From the NCBI RefSeq assembly GCF_009914755.1, contig NC_060931.1: 64,000 nt of DNA, one strand, 5' to 3'. Within the stretch, counting starts at the first letter, position 1. Every line of letters starts with the position of its first letter. Positions 1 to 12,205 of this stretch are shown here, in pieces. The stretch comes from the human T2T-CHM13v2.0 reference genome, Homo sapiens. Made by a program: the position numbers and the translations under genes. Under the pieces are notes generated by a model. That model searched no databases and was not told where the DNA came from. It saw nothing but the letters and a program-made list of their open reading frames with translations.

Positions 1-2436
1 ATGCTCATTACATCACAACCATTTCGTATCGCTGGTGGACATGTCCTATTCCTTCTCTGTAACTGCAAATTGGATCTATCAATCCTTCAGTTCCTCTCTT
101 AAATCTGATGGGCCTATAAAAATTCTCCCTTTGCCCCCAATTAAATTCTTACTCTTAGCATAGTGCTTTGCATATCATATATGTGTACTCTATGTATTGA
201 ATGAATAGAATGCATTTTTCATTGACATTTGTATCTCTCTTCTGCCTCTTTCTTCAAACAATTATTGTTGTGCTAATTGCATCACTCCAAAATTTCCTTC
301 AGGATAAAAATTATGTCTTACTCCTCTCTGCAGTCCTCAGAATTTAAATGTTTTTTAACTTATTCAATTTCCAAAACTAATGTATACAAAGATAAAAAAG
401 CAACTAAGGTCTTATTAATACATGAATTTAAATTTTAGGAACCTGTAAAGTTTAACAAGCTTCTACAGAATACAAATTTCCTCGTTTGTCTCTTTTATGT
501 TTTGCTGCTCTTCGATTATGATTAATATTTAAGATATTAAAAATATCTAATTTTCAACAGCCCTAGAAGTTCCTCTGTTTGGTTGATATCTGAAAATTAC
601 AAAAAATTGCTTTTTTTTAAATCAATTATAGCACATAAGCCAAGAATCATGAAAGCTTGTGCTCCTGACTATATATCCCAATATGTTCCTCTCTGAAATC
701 CACCCATTGAGTCTGTAGAAAAATGACAATCTGTCAGTGAAAAATTTTTTCCATAGCATAGCAAAATACTATGGGCCTGAATACCCTTTTGTTGTTTTAT
801 TTCTGCAGAAGATCAATTCCCTCAGGAAAAACTGAGCATTTGAATGACTTGTCAGCTCTGGGTTCAATAAACAAGATTTCAGTGCTTAAACCTCGTGAAT
901 AATTTCACCTTCCATTTATTTGATCAGCAGAGAAATAATTTGAATTATGTTTCCCTCTTGACTTCACTAATATCCAAAATTACTTATGTAATAAATTGCT
1001 CACAGGAGAGAAATATCTCTTTTTAAAAATTTTCAACAGAAACATTATGTATTTTTGTGTTGATGGTCTAAATAAGTCTTTGTAATATGAATTACAAGTG
1101 TGATATAGAGAAAAGCAAGCAATTATGTGAAAATATGCTAGATTATCAATTCTGTGAGTGCTGGAGTACTTGACATACTATAATCTCATTGAATTAAAAA
1201 TTGGTTTTCATTTATTTATTTTTAATCATTTTAGGGTTAAGCTATTACTTTCTGAATGTACAAAGTAGACTTCAAACTAGAGAAGAGACAAGCAATAAGA
1301 AATCATCAGATACTAATTTCAACAAGTAAAAGTGATCTTTATACATACATTCTACCAATCTTTGTTTGGTTTATAAACTCTAAAATAATATTCTACCTGA
1401 CACAATAAAATTTATCATGTAAAATTAAAATGCAAAGAAGGGTATATTTAAGAATTAATACTGAAGCAGGTGAGAAACAAAGTCAAATGCTTACAATAAA
1501 GAATGTCTATTTCAATCAATCCCCTAACTTGATTTAAAACTCCATGTGGTTATTGATCTGTCCTTTGACATCTGTCCAAGTTTTTAAATTTAATGCATTT
1601 TTATCAGTGACTGAAACTAATGAAAGTAAACCCACATAACTGAATTTCTTTGCAGCCATAATTCTACCTACAGCCTAATGTTACATTTAGAGGCTCCTGG
1701 TTCTGAAAGCACATTATGTACTAACATTGAGAGAAGCCTTAGAGCTAATTTGAGTATTACTGTACAGGAAAGCATTCAAGTGCCTGCTTCTTTCTGAGAA
1801 TATCAGCTGACAAATCGTGGTGCTGGGGCCTGTCTCTTTATGTGTTCTAATGAGACCGCAAATGGTTTTCCAATTTAAAGTGGCTTTGGCAGGCTTATCG
1901 ATCTGTGAATTGTGGCTGTTTTTAAAGGGAATAACTAACAAAAAAGAGAGCATTTATTGTAAAAGAGGTAGGTGTGTCACACTGAGCTATTTATCAAGGA
2001 GAAAAACATTTATAGCAACAGCAAGATGAACTCTTTGAGTTTTGATTGAATTACAAGAGTTTCGCCAAGGCTTAATAACAGGCGTCAATGATTAGAATGC
2101 CAACCAAAATGGTTTTTGTTTTTAATTAAAATATCCCATCAGACAATTTTTGACAAAAAAAGAAGTTTATATAAAATAAATGAAACTATCACATGCATTT
2201 TCTACTGAATGCATGCAAATAAACCTTTTCATTAGTTATTTTCAGTCAGGTCATAGTAATCATAAATAGCAGCAGTAATTTTATAGAAAATGAGGAAACG
2301 AGTGAATGTAAAATAGTTACTATGTACATGATGATCTTTACAAGATCTTCAATGTATATACATGCAGAATACTACTTCTGTATGGTAAGACTTTACAGAC
2401 GAATTACATTGTGGATACCCAAGAAGCAAGTAACAC

Positions 2437-2520
2437 TTTCTCCTCTTCTCTCCTTTCCTCTCCTCTCTTTTCTCTCCCTTTATCTCTTTTCTCACTCTGT
2501 CTTTCTCCCCATTTCCTCCC
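2437..2520. repeat. CT-rich low-complexity tract
   Basis: Polypyrimidine run TTTCTCCTCTTCTCTCCTTTCCTC... Confidence 0.8.
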
Positions 2521-2551
2521 AAAAACCTCATGGAACTAATATTTTGTATAA

Positions 2552-2691
2552 AAGTGCTTCTCAAAACAAGTCATCCTAGATCCTTGTTGAAATGTAGATT
2601 CTAATTCTAAATGTTTAGGGATTTTCATTTCCAAAAACTTCTCTGGTGATGCCCACATTGGTTGTCCATCAACTACATTTTGAGTAGCAAG
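2552..2691. mobile_element. MER5B-like hAT-Charlie MITE
   Basis: Starts AAGTGCTTCTCAAA and ends GGTGATGCC...CATTTTGAGTAGCAAG, as in the MER5 family. Confidence 0.65.
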
Positions 2692-3752
2692 ACTATAGAA
2701 CTCAGTTTGGGAAATGCTAATCCAGGCAGCAAGTAATGAATGGGTGGCTAATCAGAGGATGTTGACTATGAGTCTCAGAAAGAAGAAACTAAGATGCATG
2801 ATTTTTCAGAGCCTTGAGTTTGAGCAATAAGGAGCCTCTGTAGGTTTTTAACATGGTTTATATAGGTAAACTCTAATGTATTTTCAGAGCAAAGTGAGGT
2901 CACTGGATAGAGATTGGACTGTACAAACAAGAACGTAGAAAAGTGATGAAGAACTTGTCTTTGTAAAAATAGACTAAATTGGATCAAAATCACACATAGA
3001 AGTATTGCATTTGAATGAAGAGAAACTCCTATTTCAGGAGCAAAATGAAAAGGAGGCTAAAATTGAGCATGAGGTCATTACTTTTTGGAAACTAACATGG
3101 GAGGTACATAATTTCCTTGTACACTGTCCCCAGTTTTAGAGAGTAATTAAAGACAGGGCTTGGAACCTTCTGAAGGGTACAGTAGGAGGAACTCATATAG
3201 CGGCAGACAAATACCTCTAAAGTACTCTTTCTATTTCTTTACCAATCCTTAAATGTCTCAAATGCCTTGCTTTGATTTGTCTATAATGATTTTTCATGTC
3301 TTCAAAAAGAAGCAGGAAAGGAAGGAAAAAGACTTAGGAATGGAGGTGGTCATAGCTCAGGATTGCAGGGAAACACAGGGCAGGCCTGTTTGCGGGCTCG
3401 GCATCCTCCACCCCCGCCTTCTTTTGGCAGCAGACTTAGACTTTCCTTTGGTAAATGATTACTCTCCCATTCCCATGTCATCCTGCTGCGTTGTTTCTCA
3501 GGCTTCCAAGTTTCCAGGCCAATAAAACTTGCCTTTCTAGGAATGTGAACCTTGAGCAGTGTTACAAAAGGGCAGAGAATACTTAAATCATTGCAGTGGT
3601 GACACTTGGAGGGGACTAGGCTTTCATTTATATCAGGGTGGTCCCTGCCCCGTCTTTGTTTCTCCCATGGTGTAAATGATTAAATATCTCCTTGTAATGA
3701 CTTTCTGCTTCAGGGTTATAAAACCAGCTATTGATGTGATTATGTCCATTCA

Positions 3753-3754
<2 letters not shown>

Positions 3755-3803
<49 letters not shown>
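3755..3803. repeat. (AC)n microsatellite, ~24 units
   Basis: Perfect dinucleotide run read directly. Confidence 0.98.
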
Positions 3804-3804
<1 letters not shown>

Positions 3805-4400
3805 CTTTTGTTAAATTTATAATTTTGCTACATTTTTTTCATTTTTATTGTCCATGTAATACATGTCTTCATGGCTTTTACAATGTATATACTATCAACG
3901 TATTAATCAATTAATCTATTACTAATAGAATTTAAATAAAAACAAGTTTTCATGTTTCTAAATATAGGTTGGTTTTTTTAAGTGTATTCAAATTCTGATT
4001 TATATAAAGTTTATATGAAGACTCTCCTATAAAAAGACGCTCTCCTTTCAAAGAAAGGAGACAATCATGTATATCTATATTTACAAGAATCCAGGTACAT
4101 TGCATATTTTCAGCATAATATGGGCAAATCAGCTCCAACCACTGAACAATCACATTCACAGGTACATATTAATGGAGACTCCAAGTTTATTTTTTTAAAT
4201 AACATTACTATATATAGTCTGTGTGTATATGTATAATTTGCAAAATAGGAAGATGATTAATAGCAGCTTTAAAGCATCATTGCTAATATTAAAGGAAGTA
4301 ATCTTAGCATCTGAAACACAATGAGAAATATGTATGTGTTTCTTGACTTTTCTTTTCCCTACTGTTTTTGTGGTTTCTCCCTCTTCCCTGCTCTAATATA

Positions 4401-4815
4401 CAGCTGGCCCTTGAACAACACAGGTTTAAACTTTGCAGGTCCACTCATATGCAATTTTCTTCTGCCTCTGCTACCCCTGAGACAGCAAAAACAACCATAT
4501 ACTTCTACTTCCTCTTCCTCTTCAGCCTACTCATTGTGAAGACAACAGGATGATGACCTTTATGATGATCCACTTTCACTTAATGAATAGTAAATACACT
4601 TCCTCTTCTTTAATGATTTTCTTAATAACATTTTCTCTTCTCTAGCTTACTTTGTCGTAAATGCAGTATATAATACAACAAAACATGTGTTAGTTGACTG
4701 TTTATTAAGGCTTTGGCCAACAGTTAAGGTTTTGGGGAGTCACAAGTTATATTTAAATATTTTGTTGTGCTGCGGATGGGTCCCCCTAACCCATACATTG
4801 TTTAAGTGTCAATTG
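4401..4815 (+). mobile_element. Tigger2a (MER28) DNA transposon
   Basis: TIRs CAGCTGGCCCTTGAACAA / TTGTTTAAGTGTCAATTG, each flanked by TA; internal GACCTTTATGATGATCCACTT motif. Confidence 0.9.
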
Positions 4816-5559
4816 TATATGAATATGTGCATACAAATACACAAGTATTTAAGCAGGTACACATCTCTGTGTGTGCCCATATGCAAAGAGGAATCTAGAA
4901 AACTATGGATATTCTGCATCTGGTCTCCTAGTCTCAGAACACACAAAATATCAGGGTGCTTTAAAAATGTGCATATGTTGCCTACTGATGCTGAAATGGC
5001 TCTGAATATAATTTTAAAGGTGGTATCTAAGAGATTAAACAGAATACAGAGCAAGTAAGAAGAGCTGGAGAGTAAACATGTTTAGGCGTTTAAGATGGAC
5101 TGATAACAGATAAGCACACAATTAGGCACTGAGTTTCCTTCTTAACTAAAATAAATAAAGAAAACTTTCAGTTGCATTATTTTTCTTATCTGATAAAATG
5201 TATAAACAAATCTGTAGAGAGACAGACAAACATATTTCTGGAATTCTCTGTAAGACACATTTGTCTGGGACCACATTTTATCAAGAACCCAAAATCACTA
5301 TTCAAAATCTAACATTTCTTGTATTATTATTCTTTTCTTTCTTTCTTTTTTTTTTTAGTTTTCTCATTGCTTCTTATTTTAAAAGTAAAGGTGTATTCCA
5401 AAGGAAAAATAGTTCGCAAAAGACAGAATTGAAAACATATTGTGAGTTAAAAGTCAATGTATTAGGTTACTAGTGCTGTACTTGCTGAGAAATGTAATGT
5501 GTAACTATTTGCTTATATTTCTTCCTTTCAAAAAATTATTCTTCATTTCCAGTATAGTA

Positions 5560-5745
5560 TCATAAAAATTAAAAGCATAGGTGTCAGCATTAAACAAATC
5601 CTGGTCCTACCATGTAATTAATACCTGTATGACCTTGGTCATGTGATCTAACCTCTTTAATTCTCTATGAAATGAGGTTAATCACAGTGACCACCTAACA
5701 CATTACTATGAGAATAAAAGGAGGCAAGGCATTTAAGTACCAGAT
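5560..5745 (+). mobile_element. MIR SINE
   Basis: Core AAATCCTGG...CTGTATGACCTTGGTCATGTGATCTAACCTCT...TATGAAATGAGG. Confidence 0.7.
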
Positions 5746-5999
5746 TCACACACATTGCTGTCCTATAAAGACCATAAGCCTTTCTCTATTTTTTTTCTCT
5801 TCTTAAACTGTTTTTTCTATTTCTCTTTATCTTTAATATCATGTTACCTGTGGTGCCTCTGCCTATATTACCCTAAATTAGGCTTTGCATTAGTACTTTG
5901 TACATAGTATGTACCCAATAAATATCTATTGACATACATAAAAATGAATTTCTTATTGTATATGTTTTATAAGTTCAAATTTTGATTTACAGAATTTAT

Positions 6000-6062
6000 C
6001 TCGTGCCCAGAGTCTAGCGCATGCCAAGCCTACAATAGATGTTCAGTAAATGTTTGTTGAGT
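6000..6062 (+). mobile_element. L2 3' end fragment
   Basis: TAGATGTTCAGTAAATGTTTGTTGAG resembles the L2 terminus. Confidence 0.5.
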
Positions 6063-6350
6063 GCTGAAAAAAGTAGTGCTTATCGCATTATCAAATAGAA
6101 ATACCCTTTCTCAGTGAAGTTTAACTAGAGAGTAGACAAAATCCCCTCTCCTGTTGTGATGGCTCCAACTCCATCACTTAGGTGGCATCTTGACCTGGCA
6201 TTCTAACTCTTGGAAATTGAGCACTCTGACAGGTAGAATAGAGGTTCAGAGAAGTTGAAAGCATGTTCCCTGCCATTTTTAGAAGTTTAAAACATACTTG
6301 AGGAAATAGAGCACAAAGTAAATGAAACTGCTATCATGAAAATATAATAC

Positions 6351-6641
6351 TTTTTTTTTTTTTTTTTTTTTTTTTTGAGACGGAGTCTCGTTCTGCCCAG
6401 GCTGGAGTGCAATGGCACTGCAAGTTGCGCCTCCCGGCTTCATGCCATTCTCCTGCCTCAGACTCCTGAGTAACTGGGATTACAGGTACCCACCACGACG
6501 CCCAGCTAATTTTTTGTATTTTTAGTAGAGACAGGATTTCACCGTGTTAGCCAGCATGGTCTTGATCTCCTGACCTCGTGATCCACCCGCCTCGGCCTCC
6601 CAAAGTGCTGGGATTACAGGCGTGAGCCACCACACCCAGCC
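6351..6641 (-). mobile_element. AluY-like SINE with small internal deletion
   Basis: 26-nt T tail; Y-type diagnostics CCGTGTTAGCCAG, GATCTCCTGACCTCGTGATCC, CATGCCATTCTCC; ~13 nt missing at GGC|ACTGCAAG. Confidence 0.93.
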
Positions 6642-7089
6642 AATTCATATTTATAAAATTGAAAAATTTATTTAATTTGAATGTTGACTTCTTTTTTCTT
6701 ATGGTTTTACTACTGAACAGGGATGTAAAAACACTGTGTGGTGACTTGGCTTCTGCACCAGGCCAGAGTAAAATTTCCCTTTAGATTGAATTTTCTCTTA
6801 TACACAGTCTCCACACTAAGCCTCAACCTGCTAAAAAATGATGGTCTTATTTGAATAAAAAATTCAAATGTGCTCATTTCAGTACTGTGTGCCTTACACA
6901 CACTCAGCAAATATTTAATGAATGGCTTTATATGTAATTATGAGTTGCCAAAGTCGCTGTGTTCTCACAAGAACACAAATAGGGCATGTGACAGTTTTTT
7001 AATCTCAAAGAGGGAATGTACTTTCAGGTAAGACCTTTTTAAGATGACAGATACCTCCAGAGTCTTCAAGCCTTTTTTTTTTTTTAATT

Positions 7090-7345
7090 TCTACAAGTTT
7101 TTATTGACAAAATTCAAAATGTAATAATTGAGTACAATTTTTTTGTACTATAATTCTGCTGAGAAGAACAGAATTCTTTTTTTCTGGGATAACATTTCAC
7201 TTAATTGGGCTGAAAGTTAATGTGCCCCATCATCAAAATTGACTGCAAAAATTTTCCTTTAATAACCATATCCAGCTTGAGGTCACACAAAAACAACTGG
7301 TGATCCAGTTTTGGCCCACAGGCCATATGCAGTTTGCCAACCTTT
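7090..7345. mobile_element. MER58/Cheshire-type hAT transposon fragment
   Basis: Terminal GGCCCACAGGCCATA..GTTTGCCAACC; internal TTTATTGACAAAATTCAAAAT...GATAACATTTCACTTAATTGGG. Confidence 0.7.
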
Positions 7346-8189
7346 GTTCTATTAGTTAAATAGATCAATAAGGCCAAATTGGAAAGACTATATACTCAGA
7401 TAATATAATAATTTACATGCATAAGAATGTGTATATTAGCACATGTGTATTTTTATATCAAAACCAACTATAATTTCTTTTGTTTCCTCTTTATTCTTCC
7501 TTTATTTATTTATTTTTTATTTTTTGTGTTATTATTCTATAAAAACTATTAACATTGACAAACTTTATTTCAGTTTAGATACGTAGCTTTGGACAGTGAG
7601 ATGAGATTCCAAGTATTTTATTTTATGAAGACACAGCATGATATTTACTGATTTTTAATAATTTATTAGACTGTCTCTCTCAAATAGCTTAGGTCTGAAA
7701 TACGACTTTGATAGGAGAGAATATAAATGTATTATTGAATTGTCAAAGTGTACAGATCATACTTCTTGTTATGGTAAGGACCATCATTTAAATACTAGAT
7801 GTGAGGAAGACAGAGTTATATTTTTTCATAAAAATATATGAGATGAATTACTTATTCTTGCTGAAAACAAAGCCAGCTAACTTCAGTAGGGCATGGATAG
7901 CAGGAATGAATATAAATAGAACTGATTTTGTCATTAAAAATGACCACTTTTCAAGTGCTTGCAAAAAAAATAAATTATTAAAACAGCCTATGTGATGAAA
8001 CAGGATCTTAATCTGAGGTTGTGTGGAGTCTGGTCTTACAAACTGACAGCCTTATCCACAGAAGTATTTGATATGTGATTTTTGGATAGAACTGTATCAT
8101 TTTGGGATCCAGCTAATTAAAATTAGCTGAATGAATTGAATAGGAAGAAGATATGTTTTTCAAATATTAATTTACATTAAGATTGTTAT

Positions 8190-8335
8190 CCTGAGGTCCA
8201 TGGACTTTCAGCATAATTAAATGGGTTTCATACAAAGTCAGTGTTCATTCCAAAAATTGTATGCATAATTTGTAAACATATATAGTTACTTGTGAAGATG
8301 GTTTACAGTTTACCTAAAATTCTTGAAATGGCACT
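8190..8335. mobile_element. Charlie4-like hAT fragment
   Basis: GGTCCATGGAC...AAATTGTATGCATAATTT...AAAATTCTTGAAATGG; strongly diverged. Confidence 0.4.
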
Positions 8336-9299
8336 CAAACAATTAATGAGGGTGATTTAAATATTGGTGAATGGTACTAAATGTAAAAACCAATCGATCT
8401 ACTCATTTTGAGAAACCGGGTAGCAAAAGGAGTCAGTTCCTAATCATACAATAAGATTACACAAAATTTTTTAATGGTACTAGATTTCAGGTTTGAATAT
8501 AATGGAAAGAGACTGAAAGATTATGCTAAATGATTTAGATACAGATGAATAAAACGGATGATTAGAAGCAAAACAGGCATAATAAGGTATAATTTCAAAA
8601 AATATTAAATCATTACTTTTCAACTCAACCTTTAGTAACAGTTAATTTTAGAATTCAGTAAGTAATCATATATTTGGAGCCTCATTCATTTTTGCTTATT
8701 GGTTCATAAACCTATCTTTGCAACCGAATGAAAGTCTTGTCAATTTAAGTAAATTAAGTAATATAAAATGGCAGATTTATTGTTTGTCCACTCAACCACT
8801 ATTTTATTCAATCCCTGCTTGTTAGCAGACCTCAGATTAAAAAAACTTTTTTTTTTTAGATTAGGCAAAACAATTTGTTTAATTAAGGTGGCCTCTCTTC
8901 CTCATTCCGGATCCTGAATCAGATTTGTGCTAAATGGTAATCTGACTATTGCTAATGACTAATTTACCACTGGAAATGAAGAGAAGTCTTCATCCCTTTT
9001 CAAAAGAAAAAGAGGGGCGAGAAAGGCATGCATTATAATTTACTTCTCTTTTAGGCTGGTTTAAAACACGATATATTCAGCAACAGGATACATCTTAATT
9101 TAATAGTAAGAACATTATTTCCATTCCTGTTCATTTACATTATTACATTATATTTATATTATTAATATTAATCGCTTAACCTTACTTTAAAGTTCTTTTA
9201 TGTTTCTATGTTTTTACAAGTGGATGATTACGGTCATAGTCTCCTCATTTGTGGCTTAATAGTGAGATATATTCTAACAGTGCTGAAGTAATTACAGCT

Positions 9300-9800
9300 T
9301 CAGGCTGTGATTTTGCACCTGGTATCTCTTCCATCTACCACTCTTCCTCCAGTTTAAAGCGCTCCGGCTCACTTCTTTCTGTTCCCTGAACTCTCCAAAC
9401 ATGCTTCCCTTTCAGGTTCTTTGACTTTTCCACTTTGTCTTCTGGAATTTTCTTTCCCCAGATATTTGCATGACTCAATTCCTTATTTAATTTAGTCCTC
9501 AATAAAAATTCAATATTTTTTTCAAAAGTCTTCTCCTTATCCCCTTACCTAAAATACCTTTTGCATTTCACTTGCAATCTTCATATCATGAATTATTTTA
9601 TTTTCATAGCACTTACTTAATTTGTCTCAAAGCCTGATCTAGCATTATATGTGATTTTTTTTTTCATTTGCTCATTGTCTGTTTTTATCCCTAGAATAAA
9701 ATCTCTTTGAGTACAGGGATGTAGTCTATTTCATACATACGTAGAATAATTAAATGACCATGTTGTAATTGCTCATTAAATATTCGTTGTATGACTGATT
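9300..9800 (+). mobile_element. L2 (L2a-like) 3' region
   Basis: CTGTTCCCTGAAC..., TTCCCCAGATATTTGCATGACTC, CTAGAATAAAATCTCTTTGAGTACAGGGA, GCTCATTAAATATTCGTTG terminus. Confidence 0.8.
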
Positions 9801-10419
9801 GACTTACTGATAATGGTGTGCTTTATTTTCTTTCTTTTTATATTCTATATGGAAAAATGTTTTGAAAATGTCATGCTTGCATTCCTTCACTTGAGATATA
9901 TTTAAACCTGTCTATCTGTTGTGTTATAACATTGTTCCTAGATACAAATATTACACATTACTAAAGTTAATGAAGTCCCAGTTTTATAATGAAAAAAATC
10001 ATGTTCATATACATCAATTAATTTCTTTCTTGAATTCTAGTAGTATGCATAATATGCCATAAGAAAAAAACCTCTATAATTAAAAGTCATATTGACATAA
10101 TAAAACAAACGAAGTGTACAATAGATAAAATGATTACTTCCAGACACTTATTGAATAGACACATTTTGTGTTCATGGACCACTCCACTAGATAAGCTTAA
10201 ACAGACAATTCTGAGAAGAAATTGTCCTCATTATTTTTATTGTTCTAGAATAATGAATATAAGTCCTAAACTTGGGTTTTTAGATGTTTTGATAATCCAG
10301 AGACATTTTTTGGCCAGACATTTGTTATAAAGAAATTTGATTTGTAATAACCAGTTTTGAAGTGAAACACACACACACATATATATATCTCCTGTGTTTC
10401 CACAGTAGCTACTCAGAAG

Positions 10420-10580
10420 AGACAAGAGCCGATCATTAAATTTTCAAGAATTTTGTGATGCAGTTGTCAAACACAGCTATCATTAAAATTAAAATAACAT
10501 ATTAGTTATATTAAAAATAAAATGGAATGAATATTAAAAATCTATTACTTCTGAATTCTTTACTACATTTCACTATTATT
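10420..10580. mobile_element. MER63 (hAT-Blackjack) fragment
   Basis: GAGCCGATCATTAAATTTTCAAGAATTTTGTGA...TTTACTACATTTCACTATTAT. Confidence 0.7.
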
Positions 10581-10909
10581 AAGTCAATTAACTCCTTACC
10601 TGGTCCCCACAACTCCTTATTTTCTTTTAAGGTTTCATCTGTTTTCTCTAGCAATGGATCACTCTTAACTCACTACCCTACGAGGCTATTTCTCACCCTC
10701 TTGAAAAGTGTGTTCATTACAGGCCAATTTATTAACACAGCGGAGTTTTCTGCAAGCTGATAAATGAATTAAAGCTCATCATCGATCCCATTGTTATAAT
10801 AATATTTCATTCTATTACCTAATAAATTAATTAGTGTTGTTTTGCTTATCCCAATACCTTACATACAGAATTACACTTAGCTGTCATAATTCTACCTGCT
10901 AGTGGCAAA

Positions 10910-11005
10910 AATGCTCTGCAGGTGGAAGAACTGAGAACTGCAGAGACTAACCAGCTCACTTTTGATCATAAAATTAGTAAACGATAGATCCAGGAATACG
11001 AATTT
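10910..11005 (-). mobile_element. MIR fragment
   Basis: CAGGTGGAAGAACTGAGA...GATCATAAAATTAGTAAACGATAGATCCAGGA. Confidence 0.55.
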
Positions 11006-11326
11006 ATTTTGTATCATTTAACACCAATAGCAAGTAATAGAATTGTCAGTATTGAAATTACCTAATGAAATAGGAATGTGTGATATTCGTGAAGAGAATA
11101 GAAGGCAGTAACAGCTGATGACAAAGGATTTTGAAATCTAGAGTAACTAAACATTGTTCTTTTGGAATTATTTTTGAAAATTAGAAGTTCATAATCACAT
11201 TTGCCTTTACAATAAAAAATTTTTAGAGAACTTTTCTATGAACTTTCTTGAGAAGTAAATCACATAATTTCTCTTCTGTAATACGTAAACCGCTATTACT
11301 TATTAATTTTTCTGGAAATTTCATCC

Positions 11327-11540
11327 CAGTGACTCCTAATGGATGGTGATTTCTCCCCTCCTTGACCAGGTTATTTGGCATTTCTGGAGACAATTTTGAT
11401 CATGACTGTGTGTGTGAGGAAGTTGCTACTCATAGGGACATCTCATAGGTAGAGGCCATGCTAACTAGCCTACAATGTACAGGACAGACCCCCACAATCA
11501 ATAGATATGCTATCAAAAATGTCAATAATGCTAAGATTGA
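11327..11540. mobile_element. MER20 hAT MITE
   Basis: CAGTG start; TTTGGCATTTCTGGAGACAATTTTG, GGTAGAGGCCA, CCTACAATGTACAGGACAG, AATGTCAATAATGCTAAG. Confidence 0.85.
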
Positions 11541-11734
11541 TGGAAAAAAAATGAATTAAAATCTGCATTTTATTTGGTTTGTATATACCATAAGTATATC
11601 ATAAGGTAATATTAGAAGCATAAATCTTAGAATCAGAATAATTTTGTCTGGCGATAATCATACCATAATCATATGATTATCACCTGAAAATAATCTAGTA
11701 GAAAAATAACAAGCATTGAAGTATGTATGTAACA

Positions 11735-12205
11735 GAATGAATTACATGTGTTCTCTAAAGGACATATACATGTGTTTATAACAGCATATTCATAATAACA
11801 TGAAAGTGGGAATAACCTAAATATTCACATCAGAAGAACGGAAAAATAAATTGCGGTATAATTCACATAATGGATACTACACAACAAAAATGCAATCAGC
11901 TACAACTACAAGCAATGACAGGTATAAGTCTTCACAGGCATAACGCTGAGAAAGATAATAATAATGTATATATTATATAATTGTGTTTACATGAAACATA
12001 AAAGCAGGCAAAACTCATCAATAGAGTTAGAAGGTGGAGGTGTGCTTGTCTTTGGAGAGGCGGTAGTAACCAGAAGGAAGTAGGCACATTTGTCCTGTTC
12101 TAGTTCGTGAATGTGGTTCTGGTTACATGGGTGTGTTTCATTTGTAAAAATGTATTGCTCTGTACACTTACAATTTGCCCACTTTCTTTGTTTTATCAAT
12201 TAAAC
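11735..12205 (+). mobile_element. L1ME-type 3' end
   Basis: AAATAAATTGCGGTATAATTCACATAATGGATACTAC..., AAGCAGGCAAAACT, GGTTACATGGGTGTGTTTCATTTGT, CTGTACACTTACAATTTG. Confidence 0.8.

Noticed and set aside
4321-5058. Cluster of 61-123 aa ORFs
   Set aside because: They overlap Tigger2a and AT-rich flank, with no recognisable domain.
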